The translations under genes were made by a program, and so were the position numbers. The notes under the pieces are model-generated. The model was given only the letters and a program-made list of their open reading frames with translations, was not told the origin of the DNA and ran no database searches. From the NCBI GenBank assembly GCA_024626585.2, contig JANKJI020000004.1, positions 84,855,954 through 84,877,768 on the forward strand: 21,815 nt of DNA, written 5' to 3'. Below, piece by piece: positions 1 through 10,923 of the stretch (positions are counted from its first letter, which is position 1; each line of letters begins with the position of its first letter). Source of the DNA: Ginkgo biloba (taxonomy: Eukaryota; Plantae; Ginkgophyta).

Positions 1-169
1 CTTAGAGTTAATTCATGTCAGTTAGTTGATTGGTTAGAAAGTAGTTGGGGATTGAATGTACCATATATTAGACCATCTCTATGGAGTAATTAATGAAAAT
101 CATTTATCTCTCTCATATCTCTCTCTCAAGTGTCTTCCTTTCTGCATCTCTAATATCTTCTTTCAGAAG

Positions 170-262
170 TCGTTGAAGAGAATTTTTGGTTTGGCAACGA
201 GTAGAAATCGTTGTACAAAAATTGAAAGGCAAAAATCGTTGAAGAGAATTTGTGGTTTGGCA
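170..262. repeat. 27-bp direct repeat pair (170-196 and 236-262)
   Basis: TCGTTGAAGAGAATTT(T/G)TGGTTTGGCA occurs twice with one mismatch. Confidence 0.85.
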
Positions 263-1193
263 TCTGTGTTGGCAGAGTCTAAACACTAAAGGAAAACATT
301 AGAGACACAACATTTTGCAGGAAATGGGAAAACGCTAGTTGAAATAAGTCTATGACAACTTGTTTGGAGTGTTTAGCAGTGACCTGATTCGCTTTTGTAA
401 ATGTTTGCAAGGGAGTCTCTAGTAGAATGTTGATTTTGTGGAGCGGCTTTTTTTGAAAGGGAAAAAATCGTAGTTGAATCATGGTGGAACGTCGAATCGT
501 ATCAGAATGCTGAATCGCTAGAGTCTTGAGTTATTTTTTGGTTCGTTATATAAAACCAATGCTCAATACGTTTAAATCGTTCGAGGGTTGAAGCACGGGA
601 TTGTAATTTGAAGAAGATACCAATGACGAACAACACAAGAGATTGTTTCTTTAAAAAACAACGCACGATTTGAAGGGTGGATTTTCTTTATGACACAGGA
701 CAAACGATACTGATCGGATAATCGCAATAGGTTCCAAAGATTGCAGTGAGTTTTGCAGAGAAATTCGATTTCGAGTAGCAGCGATCAATGCAGGTCGGTT
801 TACCTTGAATGTAAACCTTATAAAATTTTGTGTCATTTGTTGACCTCTTTTTATTGTAAGTTGCTGAAATCAAGTTTGTTAATTGCTTTTCTGACGAAAA
901 TTTTCCAGATTTGTTTATTGTTGTCAAATTTTTCGTTATTTGACACTGTTTATTGCTGAAAACCAAAATTTACTATTTTTTCATGCAATTTAACCTCATA
1001 TAGCTGGAAATTGTCATTGGATCTCTGACTCCAAGCTCTTTATTCTGAATCTTTGTTGTGCCCCCAACCCATTATGAATGGTTATGGTTAATTNNNNNNN
1101 NNNNNNNNNNNNNNNNNNNNNNNNNNNNNNNNNNNNNNNNNNNNNNNNNNNNNNNNNNNNNNNNNNNNNNNNNNNNNNNNNNNNNNNNNNNNN

Positions 1194-1424
1194 TGTGATA
1201 ATCAAAGTACAATTAAGCTATTAAAAAATTCTATGTTTCATGCAAGATCCAAGCACATTGGGCCATAACATCACTACATTAGAGAGTTGATTCAAAATGA
1301 ATAAATCCAGCTTGTGTATTGGAGAACTAAAGACTAGGTTGCAAATATCTTGACCAAAGCATTGCGTGAAGCCAAATTTGTAAAGTTTAGAGAAATGCTG
1401 GGTGTCCAAGAAGTCCTCAAATAA
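1194..1424 (+). mobile_element. Ty1/copia RNase H C-terminus, degenerate
   Basis: Translates as CDNQSTIKLLKNSMFHARSKHIGP*HHYIRELIQNE*IQLVYWRTKD*VANILTKALREAKFVKFREMLGV. This matches the copia RNase H motifs CDNQS, FHARxKHI and QxADxLTK, with three in-frame stops. Confidence 0.93.
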
Positions 1425-1534
1425 AACCTTGTAAATGGGTACCTAATTAGCTTTAAAACCCAAAGTGGTAGGCAGGATCCATATTTAGTCAAATATATTT
1501 TTTGTGACCCCTAATTAAGATTNNNNNNNNNNGG

Positions 1535-1839
1535 TGTTAGTAGATTAATGTTATTAGTGGTCATGGAGGCGAAACTCAATTCTTGTGAACTCAATTATTG
1601 TGAAAGTCATCTAGAGAGTGTAGAGTCTGTTAACCTCTACAAGTATAAATAGAGGTCAGGCTCATATTGTAGTATTATCTCAAGTTCAATAGAGTATTCA
1701 TTCGTATTCCCTTTGTGTGTTTCTATTTCGACAACTTGTGTGGTATTATGAGCTAGCAACAACTTGGCCTCTACCATGTGTTCCAAGATTCTTAGAAGAT
1801 TCTTCTTGACTAAATAGACCTCGATCTTGGCTTCCAACA
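1535..1839 (+). mobile_element. Probable 3' LTR of the copia element
   Basis: Begins TGTTAG just after a 10-N gap (PPT presumably in the gap) downstream of RNase H and ends CCAACA. Contains TATAAATA near 1644 and a 15-bp tandem repeat AACTCAATT(C/A)TTGTG at 1573-1602. Confidence 0.65.
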
Positions 1840-1849
1840 TCATTTCTTT

Positions 1850-2250
1850 GCCTTCCTTTGCTTGAAGAACTTTCTCGCACATCCCTCATTAGAAGTGCTT
1901 GATCCCACTAGATGGGCCAAGGAATTTTTTGATTAATTGTTTAAAAGGCCAAATAAATTTTAATGGAACTAGTTCCCACTCAAATTTGATGAGGATATTT
2001 GAATTGGACCTTTGGGAAATAGAGACTCCTACTTAAACCATCTGGATGGGGAGCTTTACATCTTGTGCACTTCCTGTTGACAAATAAATGTTGTGAGATC
2101 CTCTTGCCATTGAGGTGGTATGATTTGTCTCCTCCATTACCTTGTGGGCATTGAATGAAAAGACGGGCCACTTGGAGTTAGACGGGGCTATGGGAAATGG
2201 CCTCGCATGAAGACATCTGATCATGAATCATAAGCACTTTGCCTTTGTCT
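1850..2250 (-). mobile_element. Degenerate Ty3/gypsy gag (retrotransposon gag domain)
   Basis: Across frameshifts the minus strand gives PFP...NGKRISQH...FKQLIKKFL(AH), resembling the gypsy gag pattern PFP...YNGKGDPxxH...FxQLxxKFLxH. Heavily decayed. Confidence 0.5.
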
Positions 2251-3819
2251 TTGCCTTTGCCAATAAGGAGCAATTCTGTGATTTAGGATAGAGAGGATGA
2301 ATAATTGTAAATGCTCTAAGAAATGTCTTTGCCTCATATAGATGCAGCACTCTAAGCACATTTGATGATGGAGGAGGGATCCTTGGATTTGTTTATAAAG
2401 AGAAATTGAGTTGGTGTTTAACTTTGAGCCATTTTTTCTGTCCAAGTTCAAGTGCTTGCATAAATTTAAATTTTCCTTCGTGGTTTTAGAGGATGAAGTC
2501 TTTCTTCCCCCATCACTTTCTTTTTTCTTGACGCAATGTCAAACTTTGTTTAATGCACCATTGAGACTACCTCTCGTTTTTATCTTAAATTGATTTTATT
2601 GCCATCTAATGGCTCCTTCTTTCCTTTCTTGCATTCATGTGTTCCTGGAGGAGAGGACTGATCAATTGTAGCTATTGAGAAGAACACTACCATCTCATGT
2701 TTGGCTTAGTCTTTTGATTGGTAGTGCTTATTCTCACAAGCATGGTTGTATGCATGACATGGAGCAATTGCAGTGATTGATCAGTTTGAATCTTGTTTTT
2801 TATTGAGTTTTTGGGATATGCGACTTTAACCCACGACCAACGATGTTTTCTACCCATAGTAGGTTCTAGTATAACAATATCATTTGGAAATTGGGTGACT
2901 TGAACCGTGTCCAAGTCCCATCACAATACCAAATTTCTTGTTGACCAAGAGCATCCGAGTTCGTATTTCTCTATTGGCGTGCATGCTTGGTGGACATTAG
3001 ATAATTTTTTTAATTCATGTAATAGTTGACTTGTTCATATGAGAACTTTGTGAGAACCATGTAGTGCTCTAGGTGAAGCTCGCAAATATAAAGGAGATGG
3101 GCAAACACACATCCATCTAGCACATGGGAGATGAGTCCCGCTAAATGTTCNNNNNNNNNNNNNNNNNNNNNNNNNNNNNNNNNNNNNNNNNNNNNNNNNN
3201 NNNNNNNNNNNNNNNNNNNNNNNNNNNNNNNNNNNNNNNNNNNNNNNNNNNNNNNNNNNNNNNNNNNNNNNNNNNNNNNNNNNNNNNNNNNNNNNNNNNN
3301 NNNNNNNNNNNNNNNNNNNNNNNNNNNNNNNNNNNNNNNNNNNNNNNNNNNNNNNNNNNNNNNNNNNNNNNNNNNNNNNNNNNNNNNNNNNNNNNNNNNN
3401 NNNNNNNNNNNNNNNNNNNNNNNNNNNNNNNNNNNNNNNNNNNNNNNNNNNNNNNNNNNNNNNNNNNNNNNNNNNNNNNNNNNNNNNNNNNNNNNNNNNN
3501 NNNNNNNNNNNNNNNNNNNNNNNNNNNNNNNNNNNNNNNNNNNNNNNNNNNNNNNNNNNNNNNNNNNNNNNNNNNNNNNNNNNNNNNNNNNNNNNNNNNN
3601 NNNNNNNNNNNNNNNNNNNNNNNNNNNNNNNNNNNNNNNNNNNNNNNNNNNNNNNNNNNNNNNNNNNNNNNNNNNNNNNNNNNNNNNNNNNNNNNNNNNN
3701 NNNNNNNNNNNNNNNNNNNNNNNNNNNNNNNNNNNNNNNNNNNNNNNNNNNNNNNNNNNNNNNNNNNNNNNNNNNNNNNNNNNNNNNNNNNNNNNNNNNN
3801 NNNNNNNNNNNNNNNNNNN

Positions 3820-4090
3820 TTGTGAATTGTGATTTATCATTTTAATATTTTATGTCATATAATAGTAATATGTATTATGTATCATGTTTATAGTTTCACA
3901 GTTTCAAATTTGAGTGCTACATATAGATCAAGTATTTTATCATGTGTTACATGACTGGCTTCATAAGTTTCATATTTTTTGTATCCATATATTTTTATAT
4001 ATTTTTTCAAAACCCTAAAATTTGTCGTTCCCCTGAATCCTAAAATTTTGAAAAGTGCCGTTTCCCGTCCCCGCTTTCTGTGCCCTCTCC
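3820..4090. mobile_element. Possible terminal region of a non-autonomous DNA transposon (hAT/MITE-like)
   Basis: An AT-rich body ends in a CG-containing cluster (GTCGTTCCCC...GCCGTTTCCCGTCCCCG) reminiscent of hAT subterminal motifs. The other end would lie in the 669-N gap. No TIR pair or TSD is visible. Confidence 0.3.
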
Positions 4091-4689
4091 TATATTTCTA
4101 ATGTAGGTCATGATTTAGTTATCAGATACAAGATTTCAATTGTCAGTTGGTGATAATACTCTAGGAATTAGATCCTAGGCTCTGATTTCCAGATTGTAAA
4201 ACGCTTGTTTGGAAAGAGCCTCCCAACAGGTGAGGCTTGTCCTGGAAATGCTCTTGGTTGAGTGACATGGGGAACTTGCTGAACAGGATTGGAAACAGAG
4301 GCCAAATGTTCAGATGTTTGCTAGTAAAGATTTATTTTCAGGTTAATAGGAAGAATTGGACACCATAAACTGCCAAGAGGCAAAGCGAAATATATCACAG
4401 AGGTGCAGAGTAGGTTAAATGGAGGTACTCACATCCATTGATTAAACAATCCCACCATAGAAAGAAGACAACATAACTGCAGGCACATCTGCAGGGAAAT
4501 TCAAGAAAAGACAGGAACAGCAACAGTATCCGCAACCAATTGGAATGAGGAAACATGCTGAATCAAGACTGCTGCTACTGCTTCCATATGCATAATTAGA
4601 TGAGCAAGATATGACATCAAAGCAAACAAATCGCAGATAACCAAAACTTTTATCTCATTCTTAAACTTTCTCTATTGATGTTTTCCTCA

Positions 4690-5189
4690 GTAGTTGCCTC
4701 TTTGTCACCAACCTCATCCTCATCCATTTCACCAATTATTCAAATTGAGATAACAATCTTTAATGTTGTGTGTATCACCTTTGCAAATAATGCACCATTT
4801 GAAGTTAGTTGTTCAACATGCTTACTACAACTATGCCCCATCTAGTTGCCTTTTGTGCAACAAACATCTTCTCAAGGGATTTCTTTTCCAATTTTAGTTG
4901 TGAAGTTTTTGCTTGTAATTTTTCTATTTGGTTATTTACAACATTCAACTTCTTGTCACCTTTTGTTACATTTCTTACTAATTGGCAAAAATATCTTGGT
5001 TGATAATAATCATACATCCAATAGTTATTGAAGTAACGAGTAGGCTAGTCCACATGCATTTGCTTCTCAAAGACCATGGCCAAATGTCAGACGTGTCTAT
5101 AGTTCTCCACAAGATGCTGGCAAATTTTCTCTTTGATATGGTGGCAATAGTCTGTAGGCAAACTAATTGAGCATGTAAATTGGCATTAT
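4690..5189 (-). mobile_element. Degenerate retrotransposon gag region with CCHC zinc knuckle(s)
   Basis: Minus strand 4794-4753 reads CIICKGDTHNIKDC, an exact CX2CX4HX4C. Two more knuckle-like remnants lie upstream (DVCCTKGN*MGHSC; MYDYYQPRYF) flanking a K/E/L-rich coiled-coil-like stretch. Stops and frameshifts are present. Confidence 0.55.
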
Positions 5190-5910
5190 NNNNNNNNNNN
5201 NNNNNNNNNNNNNNNNNNNNGATTCACATTGTTTTAGGTTTGGGGTGAAAATTCCCGACTTTTGTTCAAAAGCAAATTATCAACTCAGTCCTCCTTGCCA
5301 CAACAGTTTTTGTTCCAGATACTTGAAGCCAAGACATTTGCTTTCATGCGCAACTGTCTAGTGTTCAGTCTCTTTGGCCATTTACAAAAAATGGTCTGTT
5401 TCAGATCCTGCCAGTGACAAAGCCTGAAGGTATGGCCCAAAAGTNNNNNNNNNNNNNNNNNNNNNNNNNNNNCAAAGCAATAACTGCATTAATAGTATGC
5501 CCATAACACCTGAAGGCTTGCCTTCAAGCATTGTTGCATTACAGCACCAAATTTCTCCCTGTGAGTCGCACCTTGGTTGAGCAGCTGAAGGACATGCCTT
5601 CAATGATTTTGGGGTTGAATCTAAGACATTCCTATCCTGCAGACTTGAAACTTGTCTCTCTGATTTTTCACATTTTATTTTTGGTGAATGGCATTGGGCA
5701 ACACAGGTTTATAACATTTCCTTGCTGGAACTCTTAACATTGCACAAAATAGTTAAAAGGCGTATGGATGAGAAAGTAAATCTTTCTCCAGAGTCATGAT
5801 AATGGGCAATGTTTTATAAGAATGCTGATGCTTTTCACAAGAACTAATTACAGCATTTTATAGAATATGAATCTAACTTATCTCTGCATATATCCAAATG
5901 GATGCCCTAG

Positions 5911-6099
5911 GCTGGTGCTCTTGACAAACTTGAGGCATTTGCAAGTTTCAATGGACCTGATTTTTACGGCCTTCCCCGGAATACTTCTAAGATGACTTTG
6001 CGGAAGACCTCTTGGAAAGTACCAAAGGAATATAACTTCAGTTTTGGCACAATTGTGCCGATGTTTGGTGGTCAGATATTGGACTGGTCTACGTCTTGA
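5911..6099 (+). CDS. PYR4: Dihydroorotase, final coding exon
   Basis: After a TAG acceptor (5908-5910), phase 0: [62 protein letters not shown]. The [18 protein letters not shown] motif is typical of the C-terminus of plant and E. coli-type pyrC dihydroorotases. The frame is open. Upstream exons are not visible. Confidence 0.93.
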   Translation, partial: AGALDKLEAFASFNGPDFYGLPRNTSKMTLRKTSWKVPKEYNFSFGTIVPMFGGQILDWSTS

Positions 6100-6442
6100 A
6101 TAATCAGGTTAGCACAATCCTTTCAGCACCTTTATTTCTTGCATGTCTTTTGTTGCTATTGAAACAGATTCATGTACATTAGCATAGTTATTTTAAAACA
6201 AGCACAATCATTCAAATGCAATTGGATTGTTCATTTATTTACAATGCCCATGCACNNNNNNNNNNNNNNNNNNNNNNNNNNNNNNNNNNNNNNNNNNNNN
6301 NNNNNNNNNNNNNNNNNNNNNNNNNNNNNNNNNNNNNNNNNNNNNNNNNNNNNNNGTCAACAAAGCCATTTTCTTCACCTTACTTCAAATCAAATGACTC
6401 AATCTCGAAAACCCATAGGGAAAAAAAATTAGATAATTATAG

Positions 6443-7382
6443 ATTATGTACATTATGTTACTTTTCATAAAAGCTTTTATAAAAGTAGGTAGCTTTGTAG
6501 AAGTGAATATAATTGGAATATTCAAGTATCAATTTGAATTTATAATAGGTTGGAGTTTTGGAGAAGCATTGTATTTTAAGTAGATGAATTCACCTTGTTA
6601 GAAGGTGGTGAGAGTCAAATGTGAAGGTGATAGTTAAGAATTGTACTAGAGCTTTGTAATTGCTTTTAAGAGCTTATAAGACTATACAACATTATCTCTT
6701 TCAGTTTAAGCTTTAATAAGAAGCAACATTTGGCATAGTGTATCTAATTGAGTTGCTCTAGATTTAATGTTAATCCGAAATGAATGTCACGTGTTGAATG
6801 TTTCAAAAGTTTAATAATTGATGCTTTGATATTAAACTATGCTAAGTGTGCGACTTTATGTTGAAGTTTGAGGATTGTGTTAAGATCTAAAGGATTATGC
6901 ATATCTATAAAGTAAATAAGCATACATAATGTATATTATGTATTTTATGTTACTTTTGATAATAACTTTTGTAAAGTTAGGGAGCATTGTAGAAGTAAAT
7001 ACTCTTGGAGTATTCAAGAATCAATATGAATTTAGAGTAAGTAGGAGTTTTGGAGACGCATTGTATATTTAAATAGATGATTCCACCTTGTTAGAAAGTG
7101 GTGAAGGTGATAATTGAGAATTGTAATAGAGTTTTATAATTATCATTAAGAGCTTGCAAGGCTAGGTGGGATTATATTTGTTATTTAAGCTTTAATGAGA
7201 AGGAGCATTTAGCTTAGTGTGTTTGATTAAATTGCACTAGATTAAAGGCTATTCCAAAATGAATGTCAAAAGTTTAACAATTGATGCTTTGATATTGAAC
7301 TAAGCTAAGCTTGTGATTCTATTTTGAAGTTTATATTTTAAGATCTAAAGGATTATGCATTTTTGTAAAATAATTATGCATC
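6443..7382. repeat. Diverged tandem duplication, two units (about 6443-6924 and 6934-7382)
   Basis: Colinear shared blocks: TTATGTTACTTTT, TTGTAGAAGT, GGAGTTTTGGAGA, CACCTTGTTAGAA, GTGAAGGTGATA, TTTAAGCTTTAAT, TGAATGTCA, ATTGATGCTTTGATATT, TAAGATCTAAAGGATTATGCAT. Confidence 0.9.
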
Positions 7383-10300
7383 TCAATCATGATAGGGACT
7401 ATATATCTCAATATTGATCATACATTCTAATATTGTATATATCAACATTGCTCATATTACTATTACTTACATTGATATACTTACAATGCTTCCTTATACA
7501 TCTCAATATTAGTTATACATGTCAATAGGCAAAGACACCTGATAACAAGCAAAGGTGCTTGTCTTATTCAATTAGCATAGACACCATTCAACATGCAAAG
7601 GCATTTTCTAGTTGGTAAAATGTTTGTCATATTTTAAGATGCAAAGGTGCCTATCAGTAGGTAAATACGCCTTCCATATTCAACTAACATATACACTATT
7701 TAATACGCAGATGCGCTTGCCACATTCACTTTGTATAAATAGTATTCAACAGGTAGAAAAACTAGTGACATCATCTACAACATTGCATCCTTTATGGTAC
7801 TACTTGTCATAAAAATATCAATCATGCACATAACAATAAATCATNNNNNNNNNNNNNNNNNNNNNNNNNNNNNNNNNNNNNNNNNNNNNNNNNNNNNNNN
7901 NNNNNNNNNNNNNNNNNNNNNNNNNNNNNNNNNNNNNNNNNNNNNNNNNNNNNNNNNNNNNNNNNNNNNNNNNNNNNNNNNNNNNNNNNNNNNNNNNNNN
8001 NNNNNNNNNNNNNNNNNNNNNNNNNNNNNNNNNNNNNNNNNNNNNNNNNNNNNNNNNNNNNNNNNNNNNNNNNNNNNNNNNNNNNNNNNNNNNNNNNNNN
8101 NNNNNNNNNNNNNNNNNNNNNNNNNNNNNNNNNNNNNNNNNNNNNNNNNNNNNNNNNNNNNNNNNNNNNNNNNNNNNNNNNNNNNNNNNNNNNNNNNNNN
8201 NNNNNNNNNNNNNNNNNNNNNNNNNNNNNNNNNNNNNNNNNNNNNNNNNNNNNNNNNNNNNNNNNNNNNNNNNNNNNNNNNNNNNNNNNNNNNNNNNNNN
8301 NNNNNNNNNNNNNNNNNNNNNNNNNNNNNNNNNNNNNNNNNNNNNNNNNNNNNNNNNNNNNNNNNNNNNNNNNNNNNNNNNNNNNNNNNNNNNNNNNNNN
8401 NNNNNNNNNNNNNNNNNNNNNNNNNNNNNNNNNNNNNNNNNNNNNNNNNNNNNNNNNNNNNNNNNNNNNNNNNNNNNNNNNNNNNNNNNNNNNNNNNAAA
8501 AAAAAAAAAAAGAGGTATAAAAAGAGACATTACTTTGTGATTATACATTACATAGCCATAATTAAAAAGGTCCATATGACCAATAAAGAAATAGGAGTAT
8601 CTTAATATGCACATTAACCAAGATTTTAGATATGATCCATAGGGTTATTAGTGTTTGTAATTGGAGTAATAGATTTAGAAGATAAAATATCATCGACAAC
8701 TATAAAAAGAAGAGAGGATGGAACACCATTAGACTTAATAAGAGCGATGTGGTCACTTGTAGCAAATCTCCTAAAAGAACGCCTTGTTGGCATGCCCAGG
8801 TGAACAATCATATAACTAATGCTAGAGGTTCCACATTTCCTTTCAAGAATATCTTTTAATCATTGCTTATACCCCTCATGAGGTGATAATTACTAACATC
8901 TTTTGTAAAATTAAAATCATCAACAAAGACACGAGGGAATGCTCAACAACCTAAGTAATTTTGAATACAAAATTATTTCTATGCGTATAACTTAGAATTG
9001 ATGTCATCACATTTCATAACAAAAGTAAAATAATTGTATAAAGTTTGGTTTTGTGTACACACATGTAAGAAATATCAAGATTTAGAGAAAAGCATAATGA
9101 TTAATATGTTTTGTGAAATCTAACATAAAAATAATTAAAAACTTATTAAATTTATCTTAAGGTGATTTTTTTCCGTTTAGCTTCGACAGGCTTTGCACCT
9201 TCAACTCGTTCCATTTTGAATCTCCATCCTCATTATAGTTCTCCTATGGATTAACATTCATAGGACCTATGTGGCCCATAAATCTACTCCATATCAGCTC
9301 ATGTTATATATTTCTTTCCAGTTACATTCGTTATTTTTTATGTGCTTTCACCATTGAATCTTATTTTACTCAACTCCTCAACTCCTTCAACTACAAGATT
9401 TGTAGTGATGCCTTGGGTGGATCTTTGCACATATTTGAGGGCCATATTCTCTATTACCCTGTGCATATCTTCCCAACTATATTTTGTACCTACTCAATCA
9501 TTTTTATTTATCTCGGATGACCTTCTCTTCTCTTAAGATCTGCGGTCATATCTTTCTAACTCGCATCCTCCATATCTTCATCTCTCTCTTAGCGGCTCGA
9601 TTGAGTGACATGACATTTAAGTGACATAATTGGCTTCATGTCTTGACATTTTTCTCTTCAAGATTCAACTTGTAACTCTCATAAGGAATACATAGCCTTC
9701 TTATATAGGAATGCATCAGAGTTCCTATAGAATAACATAGGGAAAGTAAGGAATTCCTTTCTTGAACATAGAATCCTAAGGTATCAAACCCTTCTTGCAG
9801 GATATATTCACTTGTGAAGACGAAATCGAGACTATAAGTTTTAGAAGAAAAATAGTGTATTTTTCATTTTTTGGTGTTTTTGTTGTCATTACGTTTGCGA
9901 ACGTAGACAAATCACACAATCAGAGATAGGTCGAGGCTCTTCAAAACATGTAATAGTTTTGCACCTTTATTCTGAACTGAATTATAAAACTTGGTTATAA
10001 AGGTCTGAAAATAGAAAATTGGATATGGCATAATAATATGAAAGAACGAACATTTATGATTTTGTTATTGTCCTTTTCAGACCATCGGGTCAATGTGACC
10101 AAGAAATTTATATTCTGCATTGAATTAATCATAGGCTTTAGCCATATATTTCGTGGACCTAAAATCTGCTTGATAAAGACTAGATTTATAGGTTATTTCA
10201 GTCAAGCAGGTCTTGAAGAATCTTCACAAGAACCTTTAAAATGAAAAAAAGCCACAGCACATCTCAAGAATACGCTATCAATCAGGGCTTTTGGAACAAT

Positions 10301-10388
10301 GAACGATCTTTCTGAGAGCCTAGGAATGACATAGTAATTAATGTTTCTTCTTCCTCGCTAAGCTTATAGTGGTGTTTTTGTTATCCAA

Positions 10389-10567
10389 TATTTGGAATCA
10401 GTTGAAGCAGGGGATGTCATTGGAGAGGTAGGATTCCTGTTCGACATGCCACAGCGGTTCACAGTCCCGAACTAGAAAGCTTTCTCAACTTCTGCGACTT
10501 AATAAGAATGTCTTTGTTAGTATGATATAATCCAGAATTTCAGATGGGAGGATCATACTTCCTTCAG
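10389..10567 (+). pseudogene. Shaker-type K+ channel (AKT1-like) pseudo-exon, cyclic-nucleotide-binding domain
   Basis: Reads YLESVEAGDVIGEVGFLFDMPQRFTV/(+1)RTRKLSQLLRLNKNVFVSMI*SRISDGRIIL. This matches the AKT1 pattern AGDxxGEIG...PQxFTVRTxxLxQLLRxN...DGxII. Lesions: extra C at 10466-10468, TAA at 10528-10530, CAA instead of CAG at the expected acceptor (10386-10388), and no clean GT donor. Confidence 0.88.
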
Positions 10568-10772
10568 TTTTCTAATCTCTTAGACTCTGCCATGAACTCA
10601 ATGGAGTATTCTTTAATTCCAGAAAGCCCGAAATGACGAAAATATTTTCTATTTCTGATAAATCCAAAACCAATAAGATTATAAGATTATAGCTACAACC
10701 TTTTCAAAGAACTTTCTCGAGTTTTCTTAAATATATTGGGTATGAAGTATTACTTTTCTTATTTTTGTTCAG

Positions 10773-10923
10773 CGAATGGAGGAGCAACCTGTAAGCAGCT
10801 CTTATCCAAAACGCTACACACAAGGACGTTTCGATCTGCCATTGACTCTTAGTTTTGTGGTTTTAAAAGGGAGCTCTAAACTTATGCAACAACTCCTAAT
10901 TAGGGGACTTAACCCTCACATTG
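10773..10923 (+). pseudogene. Shaker-type K+ channel (AKT1-like) next exon, start of ankyrin domain; truncated by gap
   Basis: Polypyrimidine tract plus TTCAG acceptor at 10768-10772. Reads RMEEQPVSSSYPKRYTQGRFDLPLTLSFVVLKGSSKLMQQLLIRGLNPHI, matching the AKT1 pattern GxxDLPLxLxF...LLxRGLDPN, and follows the cNBD exon in the expected order. Confidence 0.85.

Noticed and set aside
170-262. CRISPR-like repeat-spacer-repeat (27-bp repeats, 39-bp spacer)
   Set aside because: Only two copies, non-palindromic, no cas genes, and a eukaryotic context.
2250-3150. Possible Ogre/Tat extra ORF upstream of the gag remnant
   Set aside because: The position fits but the sequence is too degenerate to identify.
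3010-3840. Long ORFs in the track (also 7794-8614 and 20326-20707)
   Set aside because: Artefacts of translating N-runs.
4010-4020. Telo-box or telomere unit AAACCCTAAA
   Set aside because: Single copy in AT-rich DNA, expected by chance.
5221-5740. Protein-like minus-strand readings upstream of the DHOase exon
   Set aside because: No recognisable motif in any frame, multiple stops, and no coherent splice pattern.
8785-9800. LTR-like sequence (TGTTGG at about 8785 and a strand-biased stretch at 9180-9720)
   Set aside because: Probably TE-derived, but no PBS, PPT, paired terminus or domain was found to support a specific call.
10080-10340. Acceptor-like TTTTCAG at 10080 and a possible upstream K+ channel micro-exon
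   Set aside because: Translations do not match the expected AEYFPPxEDVILQNEAPTD region or the following short exon.
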